From Mediterraneibacter gnavus (lineage in GTDB: Bacteria > Pseudomonadota > Alphaproteobacteria > RF32 > CAG-239), in NCBI GenBank assembly GCA_963617265.1, contig CAVEOB010000002.1, forward strand, positions 5,215 to 69,214: a stretch of 64,000 nt of DNA, read 5' to 3'. This document shows, piece by piece, positions 28,677 to 38,059 of this stretch. The notes below the pieces were generated by a model. The model was not told the origin of the DNA, made no database searches, and was given only the letters and a program-made list of their open reading frames with translations. Positions within the stretch are counted from its first letter, which is position 1. Every line of letters starts with the position of its first letter. A program made the translations under genes and the position numbers.

Positions 28677-29572
28677 TGTTTCCTTATCAGGACGGAAAAT
28701 ATTTTGATAGCTTATATCAAGTGGTGCAAAGCTGCTATCCGCAGCTGGATAAGGCGTCAGCCCGCGATGTTTTGCGCGAACTGATTTTAGCCCCAAAATC
28801 CGATGCTCTGACTATCGGCAATGCTCAATATGCCCGCTCTGAGGTAATTAAAACCCTGCAATATCAGCTTAATGGCGAAAATGAAGAAAAGCCGTTTGAC
28901 GAACGCTATCATGATTTGCTGGAAGCCGCACTAAAAACCATAAAGCACATGAATGACGGCTACATCACCGAAGAAGATTATGAAGAACGCAAAAAGTTTT
29001 TAGACGTCATCAATAAAAAGGAATTTCAGGTTTTTGTGCTGCTGGCACTGCTTAAATCCTGCCGTTCGCTAGATAATCCCGAACTTGTGGGGCAGCTTAT
29101 TTATAAAGTCCGCAGCCTGCGTGAACTGAACGACCTTATCCGCAAATATACCAAAGACGCCTTTGCTGTGAACACCGATGAGCAGGATTTTGAGCGCGCC
29201 AAACTTATTTATAAAATGCTTAAATCACTGCAAGGACTTGGTTACGGCTACACAATAAGCCCCAAAGAAAAAGAAAATTTGGGCATAAGCCATGATGAAG
29301 ATGAAGACTTGTCAGAAGATTATGCCTTTGATAACTGGCTGCGCCGTTTAATGCTTTTGCAGCTGCGCCGAGAAACCCGCGGCGATAACAACCTAAATTC
29401 TAACAACTTAGCGGAAATGTTTAACACTAATCTTGGCAAAAGCACCACTCTTTTTGACGACATCGGCGGTCGCATTGCCGAATTACGCGGAGCATTGCGA
29501 AAAAGAAGGTTTGACAGCAGCCGTTTTAATATGCTAGAAGAAAATTATGAAAGCGGTAAAACAAACCGCTGA
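28676..29572 (+). CDS. Hypothetical protein
   Basis: 298 aa. It is TAATG-coupled to the upstream TerB-like gene and appears helical and charged. I recognise no motif. Confidence 0.5.
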   Translation: MFPYQDGKYFDSLYQVVQSCYPQLDKASARDVLRELILAPKSDALTIGNAQYARSEVIKTLQYQLNGENEEKPFDERYHDLLEAALKTIKHMNDGYITEEDYEERKKFLDVINKKEFQVFVLLALLKSCRSLDNPELVGQLIYKVRSLRELNDLIRKYTKDAFAVNTDEQDFERAKLIYKMLKSLQGLGYGYTISPKEKENLGISHDEDEDLSEDYAFDNWLRRLMLLQLRRETRGDNNLNSNNLAEMFNTNLGKSTTLFDDIGGRIAELRGALRKRRFDSSRFNMLEENYESGKTNR

Positions 29573-29598
29573 CCCCAACCATAAAGGAGAAAATACAA

Positions 29599-29919
29599 AT
29601 GGGAATTATTGGACTTTTTCTTATGCCGGTGCTGGATATTTTAAGTGCGGTCATCGGAATTTATTTTAAAATTGTAGCAGTAGATATAATTTTATATTGG
29701 ATGCTACACTACAAAATTATGACCGTGCATAACAAATATGCCGAAAAATTTATGAGTATTCTGAAACTGTTGACCGAACCTGCCTACAAATATATCCGAT
29801 CAAAAGTTCCGCCGTTTTCCGGTTATGACGTTGCGCCGTATGTTTTGCTTTTGTGCATAGCATTCATCGGTTCGTTTGTTAACCACTTCAGCCGCTGGAT
29901 TGACCAATATATGCAATGA
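29599..29919 (+). CDS. yggT: YggT-family membrane protein
   Basis: 106 aa with two TM helices flanking YIRSKVPPFSGYDVAPYV (the YggT signature ..P..gG.D.SP.). Confidence 0.75.
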   Translation: MGIIGLFLMPVLDILSAVIGIYFKIVAVDIILYWMLHYKIMTVHNKYAEKFMSILKLLTEPAYKYIRSKVPPFSGYDVAPYVLLLCIAFIGSFVNHFSRWIDQYMQ

Positions 29920-30230
29920 GCTTTTTTGTAATTGAAAATAATGCATATCTTCTGCGCTTAAAACTAACCCCCGGAGCGTCTTTTAACGGTTTTAAGGGGT
30001 TATTTTTTGATGAAAGCAATCAAGCATTTTTGAAAGCCGCCGTCACGGTTGTTCCGGAAAAAGGCAAAGCCAATAAGGCTCTGATTGAATTATTGGCTAA
30101 AAAGCTCAAAATCGGCAAAAGTTTGATTTCTTTGGTCAGCGGAGAAACCGACCATTTGAAAAAACTGCGCCTTAATCTGATGCCGACGGAAGAATTTACG
30201 GCAAAATTAAATGGCTTAATAAAGGAATAA
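29916..30230 (+). CDS. DUF167/YggU-family protein
   Basis: 104 aa containing VVPEKGKANKALIELLAKKLKI..S.I.LVSGE....K, which is typical of YggU. It is adjacent to yggT as in many genomes. Confidence 0.75.
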   Translation: MSFFVIENNAYLLRLKLTPGASFNGFKGLFFDESNQAFLKAAVTVVPEKGKANKALIELLAKKLKIGKSLISLVSGETDHLKKLRLNLMPTEEFTAKLNGLIKE

Positions 30231-30232
30231 AA

Positions 30233-31081
30233 ATGACCGCACAAATTATAGATGGTAAAAAAATCGCCGCAGAAATCAGAGATAATTTAAAAGAAAAAAT
30301 TGCTCTGCTGCCTTCTGCTCCTCAGCTGGCTATTGTTTTGGTCGGCAACGATGAACCGAGCCTGATTTATGTGCGCAACAAACAAAAGGCGGCGGCGCAA
30401 ATCGGTCTTTTATCCCAGCTTTATCACTTAGATGAAAATATTTCCGAAGAAAAACTGCTGGAAATTATTGCCCAGCTTAACAACGATTCTGAAATAAACG
30501 GAATTATCGTGCAGCTGCCGCTGCCTAAGCACCTTAACACCAACCGCATCATTAACGCCATTTCGCCGCTTAAAGATGTTGACGGTTTTCACCCTTATAA
30601 TACCGGAATGCTGCAAAACAATGAAAAGCCCTACTTTGTTGCCGCTACTCCGCTGGGAGTTATGCAGCTTATAAAAAGCGTGCTGCCTGATTTAAGCGGC
30701 AAAAATGTTGTTTTAATCGGTGCTTCTCTGATTGTCGGACGCCCGCTTGCCACTTTGCTGCTGAACCAAGAGTGCACCGTAACCATTACCCACGCGCAAA
30801 CCAAAAACATTAAAGAGCTGACTGCAAAAGCCGATATTCTTGTTGCCGCCTGCGGTGTGGCAAAGCTTGTTAAAGCTGATTGGATAAAAGAAAACGCCGT
30901 GATGATTGACGTTGGCATAAACCGCGATAATGGAAAAATCTGCGGCGACATAGATTTTGAAGATGTTAAAGAAAAAGCTTTGGCAATTACTCCTGTCCCA
31001 GGGGGCGTTGGTCCAATGACTATTGCAATGCTGCTGTCTAACACCGTTGATGCCTATCTTTTGCAGCACCCGTCCCTTTAA
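30233..31081 (+). CDS. folD: Bifunctional methylenetetrahydrofolate dehydrogenase/cyclohydrolase
   Basis: 282 aa containing IIDGKKIA, VQLPLPKH and PVPGGVGPMT. Confidence 0.95.
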   Translation: MTAQIIDGKKIAAEIRDNLKEKIALLPSAPQLAIVLVGNDEPSLIYVRNKQKAAAQIGLLSQLYHLDENISEEKLLEIIAQLNNDSEINGIIVQLPLPKHLNTNRIINAISPLKDVDGFHPYNTGMLQNNEKPYFVAATPLGVMQLIKSVLPDLSGKNVVLIGASLIVGRPLATLLLNQECTVTITHAQTKNIKELTAKADILVAACGVAKLVKADWIKENAVMIDVGINRDNGKICGDIDFEDVKEKALAITPVPGGVGPMTIAMLLSNTVDAYLLQHPSL

Positions 31082-31125
31082 AACTGCCGAACATTGATTA
31101 TATTTTTCCGCACGGGAGAAATATA

Positions 31126-31752
31126 ATGAAACAAACATCGCACGGATATATTGTAGCGTTTGACCGCAGCCGCCTGAATCTAAGAATTTTGCAGAATGCT
31201 TTGAACAAACGCCACATAAAAATGTTTGGCACCGACAATTTATTTCGCTTGCTAAACTATATTAAAGAGCTGAAAATTGACGCGCTTTTAATCACAGTTC
31301 ATCACAACGACAAACCGGCTAATGCGCTTTTAGAGGAGTTAAGCAAGCATAACCTCCGCTTTCCGCTTATTCTTTTAAAACCGCAAAAGCTGGCTCTATC
31401 TCAAAACATTCAAGCGGCGCACTATCTTAGCGAAGCCGATTCGGCAAAACGTTTGCTGAATATTTTAGAAAGCTACAGTCTCGGCAGCAAACGGCACCGC
31501 GTTATGCTCTTAAATAAATATTCACCGAACACGGCAAGCTTTTGCACTCTTATACCGGAACTTAACGATTCCAACTGCTTTGAGGTGCACAACCAAAACG
31601 CCGCCCGCCAATATTTGGAAAAGAACTCGCCTGATGTTATTTGCGTTGAATACGGTCAGCATTTTACACCAGTGCCGCGCCTGATGAACCGCCCGCATAT
31701 TTTTTATGTGGATAGACAACAGGATATTGCTGAAATTAGAAAATTTTTATAG
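31126..31752 (+). CDS. Hypothetical protein with a pseudo-receiver-like layout
   Basis: 208 aa. It shows the beta-alpha alternation of a REC domain (YIVAFDRS ... IDALLITVHH), but no Asp at the phospho-acceptor position. Confidence 0.4.
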   Translation: MKQTSHGYIVAFDRSRLNLRILQNALNKRHIKMFGTDNLFRLLNYIKELKIDALLITVHHNDKPANALLEELSKHNLRFPLILLKPQKLALSQNIQAAHYLSEADSAKRLLNILESYSLGSKRHRVMLLNKYSPNTASFCTLIPELNDSNCFEVHNQNAARQYLEKNSPDVICVEYGQHFTPVPRLMNRPHIFYVDRQQDIAEIRKFL

Positions 31753-31794
31753 TAAATTCTCTGGTAGATTTTTTAATTTATCAAAGGAACTTTT

Positions 31795-32391
31795 ATGTGG
31801 TTTAGCAAATTTGTGCGTCAAATTTATGATGCGGTCTTTCATCTGTCCAAAGAAAACGGCGCCGTATATTGGCTCTTTGCCGTTTCTTTTATAGAAAGTT
31901 CCTTTTTCCCGATTCCACCTGATGTAATGCTTATTCCAATGATTTTGGCTGCTCCTAAAAAAGCATGGAATCTTGCTGGAATTGCCACTGCCGGAAGCGT
32001 TATCGGTGCTTATTTAGGCTATGCCATCGGTTTTTATTTTTTCCAGCTGATAGCCGAACCGCTCTTAAATTTTTACGGCTACCTCGAAAAATTCAACTCG
32101 TTTAAAGACCTCTATAATCAATACGGCGCTTGGATAGTTTTCGGCGCAGGCATAACTCCGTTTCCGTATAAAATCATCACCATTGCCAGCGGCGTTGTGC
32201 ATATGAATTTGCTGGTATTCACAGTTGCTTCGGTCATTGCTCGCGGCATGAGATTCTTCCTAGTCGCTTGGCTCTTGAAAAAATACGGCGAAACCATGCG
32301 CGTGTTTATTGAAAAAAATCTCGGTTGGCTTTCTGTTGTGTTCTTGATATTGTTAATAGGCGGATTCGCCGCAGTTAAATACATAAACTAA
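31795..32391 (+). CDS. YqaA/DedA-type membrane protein
   Basis: 198 aa containing FIESSFFPIPPDVMLIPM, which is typical of the YqaA (SNARE-associated/DedA-like) family. Confidence 0.7.
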   Translation: MWFSKFVRQIYDAVFHLSKENGAVYWLFAVSFIESSFFPIPPDVMLIPMILAAPKKAWNLAGIATAGSVIGAYLGYAIGFYFFQLIAEPLLNFYGYLEKFNSFKDLYNQYGAWIVFGAGITPFPYKIITIASGVVHMNLLVFTVASVIARGMRFFLVAWLLKKYGETMRVFIEKNLGWLSVVFLILLIGGFAAVKYIN

Positions 32392-32915
32392 AGACGTTTT
32401 TTCAAACGCACCATATAGTCAATAACCTTAGGATTGCTCCATTGCACGGCACCGGTAACCTGCCCGACTTCCAATCCCTCTTTGTTAATAAGCAAAGCCG
32501 TCGGCGTAACCATAATGCCCATACCATTCATAAAACCAGCTTTTTTATCTAAATAGCTGACCAAATTCTGTGCTCCGAACTTTTTTAAGAACAAACGTTT
32601 TTCATCAACGCTGCGCCATTCACCGTCAGGAGAAATTAAAATTACTCTAATTCCCTGATCTGCCGTCGCCAGTGCAAACTCATTCAGCTGTTTCAAATCT
32701 GCCAAACACGGACCGCAGCGTCTGGACCAAACTACGGCAATCAGCAAATCGGCGCCAAAGTTTTTCAATTTATACGCTTTTCCGCTGTCGCCGTAAAAGC
32801 TTAAATCAGGAACATAGCGCGGCTGCGGAAACATATTTAATTTTGCCTGCGCCTCATTGTTTGCACAAAAAATAACCGTCAACAAAAACCAGCATATTCT
32901 TAAAATTTTATTCAT
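32388..32915 (-). CDS. Periplasmic thioredoxin-like thiol:disulfide oxidoreductase (TlpA/ResA family)
   Basis: 175 aa with a signal peptide and a WSRRCGPC CxxC motif. Confidence 0.8.
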   Translation of the reverse strand: MNKILRICWFLLTVIFCANNEAQAKLNMFPQPRYVPDLSFYGDSGKAYKLKNFGADLLIAVVWSRRCGPCLADLKQLNEFALATADQGIRVILISPDGEWRSVDEKRLFLKKFGAQNLVSYLDKKAGFMNGMGIMVTPTALLINKEGLEVGQVTGAVQWSNPKVIDYMVRLKKRL

Positions 32916-33012
32916 TCCTTAACAACTTTCTGTTAAAAAACTAAATTAGTTTTCCAATTTAGCTACACTTGTGCTAAATATATCCTAAATACATCAAAAA
33001 AAAGGTTAAAAA

Positions 33013-33147
33013 ATGAAATCTTTGCAAAAAATATTGTTAATTCTCTGTATACTTGCCGGTTTCTACGCTCTGTCAGGCTGCGGACGCTATTCACTGCCGT
33101 CGCCGATTGAAGGCAGCGGCTATCCGCACAATTATCCGAATCAATAA
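33013..33147 (+). CDS. Small putative lipoprotein (44 aa)
   Basis: Below the ORF-track size cutoff. It translates as MKSLQKILLILCILAGFYALSG-CGRYSLPSPIEGSGYPHNYPNQ with a classic lipobox (LSGC). The RBS is weak (AAGG). It ends 11 nt before the vWA gene. Confidence 0.45.
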   Translation: MKSLQKILLILCILAGFYALSGCGRYSLPSPIEGSGYPHNYPNQ

Positions 33148-33158
33148 AAGGTGAAAAA

Positions 33159-33842
33159 ATGACCGAAAAAAGCAATAACACAATTCCTTATGTTGAATTT
33201 GCCGACAACGCTAATGAAAGAACTCCCTGCGTGTTGGTTTTGGATTGTTCCGGCTCTATGCGCGGCGAACCGATAAAGCAGCTTAACGCCGGATTAAGTG
33301 CGCTGGAAAAAGAATTAAAAGACGATATTGACGCCAGTTCGCGCGTACAATTGCTCATTATCAAAGCTTTCGGCAAAGATGAGGTGCAAATAACTTCGGA
33401 TTGGATCGACGCCATGAATTTCAGCGCTCCAACCATGGAAGCCGGAGGCTTGACGCCACTCGGCAAAGCCATGGAATTGGCATTGCAAAAAATAGAAGAA
33501 CAAAAATGCCTGTATGACAGCTGCGGCATTACTTCCAAACGTCCGTGGATTTTTTTAATCAGCGACGGCGAACCAACCGATTACGGCTGGGAAGAATCTG
33601 CTGAAATCTGCCGCTATGCGCAAAAAAATAAAAAAGTGGTGATTCACGCCATTGGCACGCAGGACGCTAATTTAGAAAAATTGGCTAAATTTTCCATTTT
33701 GCCGCCTAAACGCTTAACCGGCTTAAAGTTCACAGAATTTTTCTTATGGCTGAGCCGCAGCGTTTCCTGCATCTCTAAAGCAGCTCCAAACGCCAATCAC
33801 TATTTGGACGACATCAACGACTGGAATGAAAAGAAAAACTAG
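33159..33842 (+). CDS. von Willebrand factor A domain protein (TerY-like)
   Basis: 227 aa with the MIDAS motif LDCSGSM (DxSxS) and later SDGEPTD. It is the first gene of the vWA-PP2C-kinase triad. Confidence 0.8.
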   Translation: MTEKSNNTIPYVEFADNANERTPCVLVLDCSGSMRGEPIKQLNAGLSALEKELKDDIDASSRVQLLIIKAFGKDEVQITSDWIDAMNFSAPTMEAGGLTPLGKAMELALQKIEEQKCLYDSCGITSKRPWIFLISDGEPTDYGWEESAEICRYAQKNKKVVIHAIGTQDANLEKLAKFSILPPKRLTGLKFTEFFLWLSRSVSCISKAAPNANHYLDDINDWNEKKN

Positions 33843-34589
33843 ATGAAACAACACGAGCGTATACACGTACTATCCACCAGTATCCGCGGCAGCCTACACA
33901 AGTCGCTGGGTTTGCCGTGTCAGGATTACAGCCGTGCCCGCTCTGCCAAAAATAAACTGGTTGCCGTGGTTTCCGACGGAGCCGGCTCGGCAAAATACAG
34001 CAAAATCGGCGCCAAAATAATTTGCGACACTTTATGCGATTTACTGATAAAGTCTGATATTTCTTCGATTCGCGATGATGTAGCCAATGCCATAAACATT
34101 GCCCGCCGAAAACTTATACTGCACAAAAACAATAACAGCAAAAACAGCGCCGGATTAGTTAATTTTTCGGCAACGATTGTCGGCGTGTTCTATCAAAAAA
34201 ATAAAGGCGTGTTTTTCCACATCGGCGACGGCGCGGGCATTGCGTTCAAAAACGGCGAATACGGCAATTTTGTTATATCCGAGCCGGAAAACGGCGCTTT
34301 TTCTTGCGAAACCTACTTTTACACCATGGACGACTGGCAAGACAGCCTGCGTTTTACCGACTTTGAAAACGCCAACCGTATTTTGCTGATGACCGACGGT
34401 GTTACCGGCTTTGCTTTTTCCGGCGATTTCTATAAAATCCACCGCAATTTTTTAATTCCGGTTATTGAATATTTGGAAAACGAACCGCGCAAGACCCATG
34501 CCGTTGAAGCTCTGCGCAACACTTTAAGCAATAACCGCGCCCAGCGCATCAACTCTGACGATAAAACAATTTTGTGGGCAAAACTGTAA
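33843..34589 (+). CDS. PP2C-family protein phosphatase
   Basis: 248 aa containing CQDY..., VVSDGAGSAKYS and LLMTDGV, which are typical of bacterial PP2C_2 phosphatases. The start directly abuts the vWA stop (TAGATG). Confidence 0.75.
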   Translation: MKQHERIHVLSTSIRGSLHKSLGLPCQDYSRARSAKNKLVAVVSDGAGSAKYSKIGAKIICDTLCDLLIKSDISSIRDDVANAINIARRKLILHKNNNSKNSAGLVNFSATIVGVFYQKNKGVFFHIGDGAGIAFKNGEYGNFVISEPENGAFSCETYFYTMDDWQDSLRFTDFENANRILLMTDGVTGFAFSGDFYKIHRNFLIPVIEYLENEPRKTHAVEALRNTLSNNRAQRINSDDKTILWAKL

Positions 34590-36049
34590 TGACGGAAGAT
34601 TTAACATATTTAGCCTTATATCCTGACGGAAAGCATGAAGAAATCACGTTAAGCAAAATGCTTAATAAAGGCGGAGCCGCCGGCAAAATATTTGAAGTTG
34701 CTGGTCAACCTAAGATTGTGGCAAAAATCTTTCACGAACGCAGTAAAAGCGAAAGCAACCGCAAAAAGCTGGAAGCTATGCTGCACAACAAGCCGGATAT
34801 TCCAACCATCAAAGACAAGGGCGTGGAATATATCCAAATTGCTTGGCCTATTGCTTTGCTTGAAGATAAGCAGGGCTACTGCATGGGCTATTTAATGCCG
34901 CTGATAGACACTGAGCAAGCGGTTTCTTTGGACTATTTAATTCAAAAAGCAGTGCGCCGCAAGCTGGGTTTGACCGAACTTTATATTAACCGCGTGTTTG
35001 CCGCATTTAACATCACTTCGGTAGTGGCGGCACTGCACGCCTGCGGACACTATATCATAGACCTAAAGCCTTCTAATGTTTCTATTTATAAAGAAAATAT
35101 GCTGGTTGCCATGTTTGACTGCGACGGCTTTTCCATTAAAGGAGAAAACGGAGCGCGCTATCCGGCAGAATATGTCAGCGAAGAATACATTTATCCTGAA
35201 GGCTTGAATGAAACTTGTGAGAATATGGGCGAAGAGCAAGATAAATTTGCCTTAGCCGTTATCATTTTCAAATTATTAAACGACGGTATTCACCCATTTT
35301 CCGGTACTCCGCGCAACAAAAAAGAAGCAATGCTTTCCATTCAGGAGCGTATTGCCGGCTATCACTACGCCTATGGAATTTGGCCCGATACCTATCAGGC
35401 GCCCCACCCTTACAGTATGCACGACTATTTTGACAAAGCAACCATGACTTTGTTTGAGCGTGCTTTCACCAAGGGCAATGAGCGTCCTACCGCTTTGGAA
35501 TGGCAGGACCGCTTAGCCTATCTGTTGCAAAAAGAACATCATTATCAATGCAAAAAAGACCACAATCACATATATTTTACGCCTAAAGGCTGCGGGCTTT
35601 GTATGATAAATGAAAAACTTAAAGCCAACCTGAATAATTTAAAAAAGCAGCAAACCGAACCGCAGACGATTCGCGGAGTTGATGTTTCAGAGCTTACTTC
35701 CGACAAAATTAAAGCCAAGCAGCTGCATCAAGAAAACCTAAAATTGCTCATGCACAAAGGGTATTACATATTTTTAGCCCTCTATCTGTTGTTTTTTACT
35801 TTTTTGTTCAAATTGATAACTCCTTTTGCCGCTGCCTTAAAAGAACTGGGAATTTTTATTCAGATAATCATAATTCTGTTTGCCGCGGCAGGAATTAAAA
35901 AGCTGCTTGCCCACATACCGCAATACATTTCCGAAACCAAAAATCAAAATATTTTAAGTATGCTGCAAATTTATGCGTTTATCTGCCTTATAATCGCCTT
36001 TTTGTCGCTCAATAATTTGACTTTTGATTTATTTAAATTGGCTGAATAG
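34589..36049 (+). CDS. Ser/Thr protein kinase with a C-terminal Cys cluster and three TM helices
   Basis: The Gly loop is GGAAGKIFEV, the VAIK-like motif is IVAKIF, the catalytic loop is IIDLKPSN and the DFG-like motif is FDCDGF. These are followed by CKKDHNH..GCGLC and three hydrophobic helices. I prefer the start at ATG 34589 (TAATG overlap with the PP2C stop); the track gives GTG 34574. Confidence 0.8.
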   Translation: MTEDLTYLALYPDGKHEEITLSKMLNKGGAAGKIFEVAGQPKIVAKIFHERSKSESNRKKLEAMLHNKPDIPTIKDKGVEYIQIAWPIALLEDKQGYCMGYLMPLIDTEQAVSLDYLIQKAVRRKLGLTELYINRVFAAFNITSVVAALHACGHYIIDLKPSNVSIYKENMLVAMFDCDGFSIKGENGARYPAEYVSEEYIYPEGLNETCENMGEEQDKFALAVIIFKLLNDGIHPFSGTPRNKKEAMLSIQERIAGYHYAYGIWPDTYQAPHPYSMHDYFDKATMTLFERAFTKGNERPTALEWQDRLAYLLQKEHHYQCKKDHNHIYFTPKGCGLCMINEKLKANLNNLKKQQTEPQTIRGVDVSELTSDKIKAKQLHQENLKLLMHKGYYIFLALYLLFFTFLFKLITPFAAALKELGIFIQIIIILFAAAGIKKLLAHIPQYISETKNQNILSMLQIYAFICLIIAFLSLNNLTFDLFKLAE

Positions 36050-36156
36050 TCCGTTCGTTTCCTTTAAGAAACTATACCACTTAAAAGTGCCTACTTTATT
36101 TTTTTCGCAAACAGTCTTATATTTTCATCAGTTAAATTTTAGAAATAGAGGAACTG

Positions 36157-37548
36157 ATGAAAGAACTCCATAAAATAAAAATATCCGGCGCTGAAGTTTT
36201 CCCGCTTGTTGAAGGCGGAAAAGGCATTAACGGCACCGACGGCAAAAGTTCGGGTGCTTGGGCAAAAGAAGGCGGAGTCGGCACCATTTCTATGGTCAGC
36301 CCAACAGCTTTGGATAAAAACGGCAATGAAATTCCTGAATTGTTTAATGAGAAGATTCGGGAAAAACGCCACCGTGAAATGGTGGAATATGCCGTAAAAG
36401 GAGGTATTTCACAGGCACAGATTGCCCACGAAATTGCCGGCGGCAACGGCAGAATTCACATCAATATGCTGTGGGAAATGGCAGACTCCGAAGAAGTTAT
36501 CACTCGTGTTTTAGAAGGTGCGAAAGGCCTTATCCACGGTGTGACTTGCGGTGCCGGTCTGCCCTACAATCTGGGCGCAATAGCTTCGGCGCACGGCGTA
36601 TATTATTATCCGATTGTCTCCTCAGCAAGAGCTATGCAGATTTTGTGGAAACGCTCGTTTAAAAACTACGCCGAATTTTTAGGCGGTGTGGTTTATGAAG
36701 ACCCGTGGCTAGCGGGCGGACATAACGGATTGTCAAATGCCGAAAATCCGTTGGAACCGCAGCGTCCTTACGAAAGACTTGTTGCTTTGCGTCAAGCTTT
36801 AACCGAATTAGGTTTGACTGAACTTCCGATAATCATCGCCGGCGGCGTATGGAGTTTGGCTGATTGGCAAGAATATATAAATAATCCGGAATTGGGAAAT
36901 GTGGCTTTTCAATTTGGCACCCGTCCAATGATTACCCAAGAGAGCCCGATTAGCGATGCTTGGAAACAGTTAATGCTAAACACTAAAAAAGGCGATGTTA
37001 TTTTGCAAAAATTCAGTCCGACCGGCTTTTATTCTTCGGCTATAAAAAACAACTTTTTAGCCAACTTAATGCGCCGTAAAGCTGCCGAAATTCAGTATAG
37101 TTTGCAAGCAACGGACGAACTCAATTCACCTGTGACTGTTTCAGACTTCAAAACTGTTTATGTGACCTCAACCGCGCAAAAACACATAAAAGAGCAGCAG
37201 CAAGCCGGCTATACCATTATAAAAGAAACTCCGGATTCGACTTTGGTCTTTTTAACTCCGAGCGAATGGCAGGAAATGCAGCAGCAACGCGCGCATTGCG
37301 TCGGCTGCCTGTCGCAATGTCAATTCTCCTGCTGGTCGCGTGCTAACGGCACAACCGGCAAAATCCCCGACCCGCGCACCTATTGCATTCATCATACTTT
37401 AATGGAAATCGGGCACAACGGAGATGTGCAAAATAATTTGGCCTTTGCCGGTCACAATGTGTATCGTTTTGGCAGCGATCCGCTTTATGCCGGCGGACAT
37501 ATTCCAACAGTACACGAACTCTTCAGCAATATTCTTGTCGGTAAATAA
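36157..37548 (+). CDS. Nitronate monooxygenase / FabK-like flavin oxidoreductase family protein (tentative)
   Basis: 463 aa. TIM-barrel-like motifs (GGKGINGT.., GVTCGAGLPY, IIAGGVWS) resemble the NMO/2-nitropropane dioxygenase family. The C-terminus has a Cys cluster (CVGCLSQCQFSC). Confidence 0.5.
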   Translation: MKELHKIKISGAEVFPLVEGGKGINGTDGKSSGAWAKEGGVGTISMVSPTALDKNGNEIPELFNEKIREKRHREMVEYAVKGGISQAQIAHEIAGGNGRIHINMLWEMADSEEVITRVLEGAKGLIHGVTCGAGLPYNLGAIASAHGVYYYPIVSSARAMQILWKRSFKNYAEFLGGVVYEDPWLAGGHNGLSNAENPLEPQRPYERLVALRQALTELGLTELPIIIAGGVWSLADWQEYINNPELGNVAFQFGTRPMITQESPISDAWKQLMLNTKKGDVILQKFSPTGFYSSAIKNNFLANLMRRKAAEIQYSLQATDELNSPVTVSDFKTVYVTSTAQKHIKEQQQAGYTIIKETPDSTLVFLTPSEWQEMQQQRAHCVGCLSQCQFSCWSRANGTTGKIPDPRTYCIHHTLMEIGHNGDVQNNLAFAGHNVYRFGSDPLYAGGHIPTVHELFSNILVGK

Positions 37549-37554
37549 AGTAAC

Positions 37555-37584
37555 TTGACAAAAAATACCGTTAAAGTGTATTAT
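37555..37584 (+). promoter_or_regulatory. Sigma70-like promoter of orphan cassette A
   Basis: TTGACA (37555-60), an 18-nt spacer, then TATTAT (37579-84). This sequence is conserved in cassette B at 57792-57820. Confidence 0.5.
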
Positions 37585-37630
37585 TGGGACATAGTATTTA
37601 CATTTATGTCTTATTTAAAATTATTCTGTT

Positions 37631-38053
37631 ATGAAAAATGAAATTATTGAAAAACTCTTGCCTAAAGTCAAGTCAGTTTGTCCTCCAAATTTGGAGTTGT
37701 CTGTCAAAGAGCTTCCGCTGAGCCAAACTCGCGTTTTATATTTGCTCATTATCAAATACGATAAAGAATTTGCCGATGCTGACGAATGGGCTATTCGCGA
37801 GGTTTATAAGCTTTTTCATGCCATTTATCATATGGTTGAAAACGAGAAGTTAAACGGTAAAGTACGTTTTCTGTTTTATAACAAAAACGAGTTTGTGCTT
37901 TACACTCCTGTCAACCCTTCTGTACTCTACAAGTTTGACGGGCTTATTTACCAGGAGTGCTTTGGTTATGAATACTATTTGCATCTTGTCGGGAAAGTCT
38001 ATGACATTAATGAGTTAATCGACTATCTTATTAACCAACGCAAGAACTTCTGA
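37631..38053 (+). CDS. Hypothetical protein, orphan cassette A (paralogue of 57867-58292)
   Basis: 140 aa, AT-rich, with no SD. The N-terminus EKLLPKVKSV.PP.LE.SVKE.PL.QTR and the central motif NEKLN.KVRF are shared with the paralogue. Confidence 0.6.
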   Translation: MKNEIIEKLLPKVKSVCPPNLELSVKELPLSQTRVLYLLIIKYDKEFADADEWAIREVYKLFHAIYHMVENEKLNGKVRFLFYNKNEFVLYTPVNPSVLYKFDGLIYQECFGYEYYLHLVGKVYDINELIDYLINQRKNF

Positions 38054-38059
38054 TTATTC

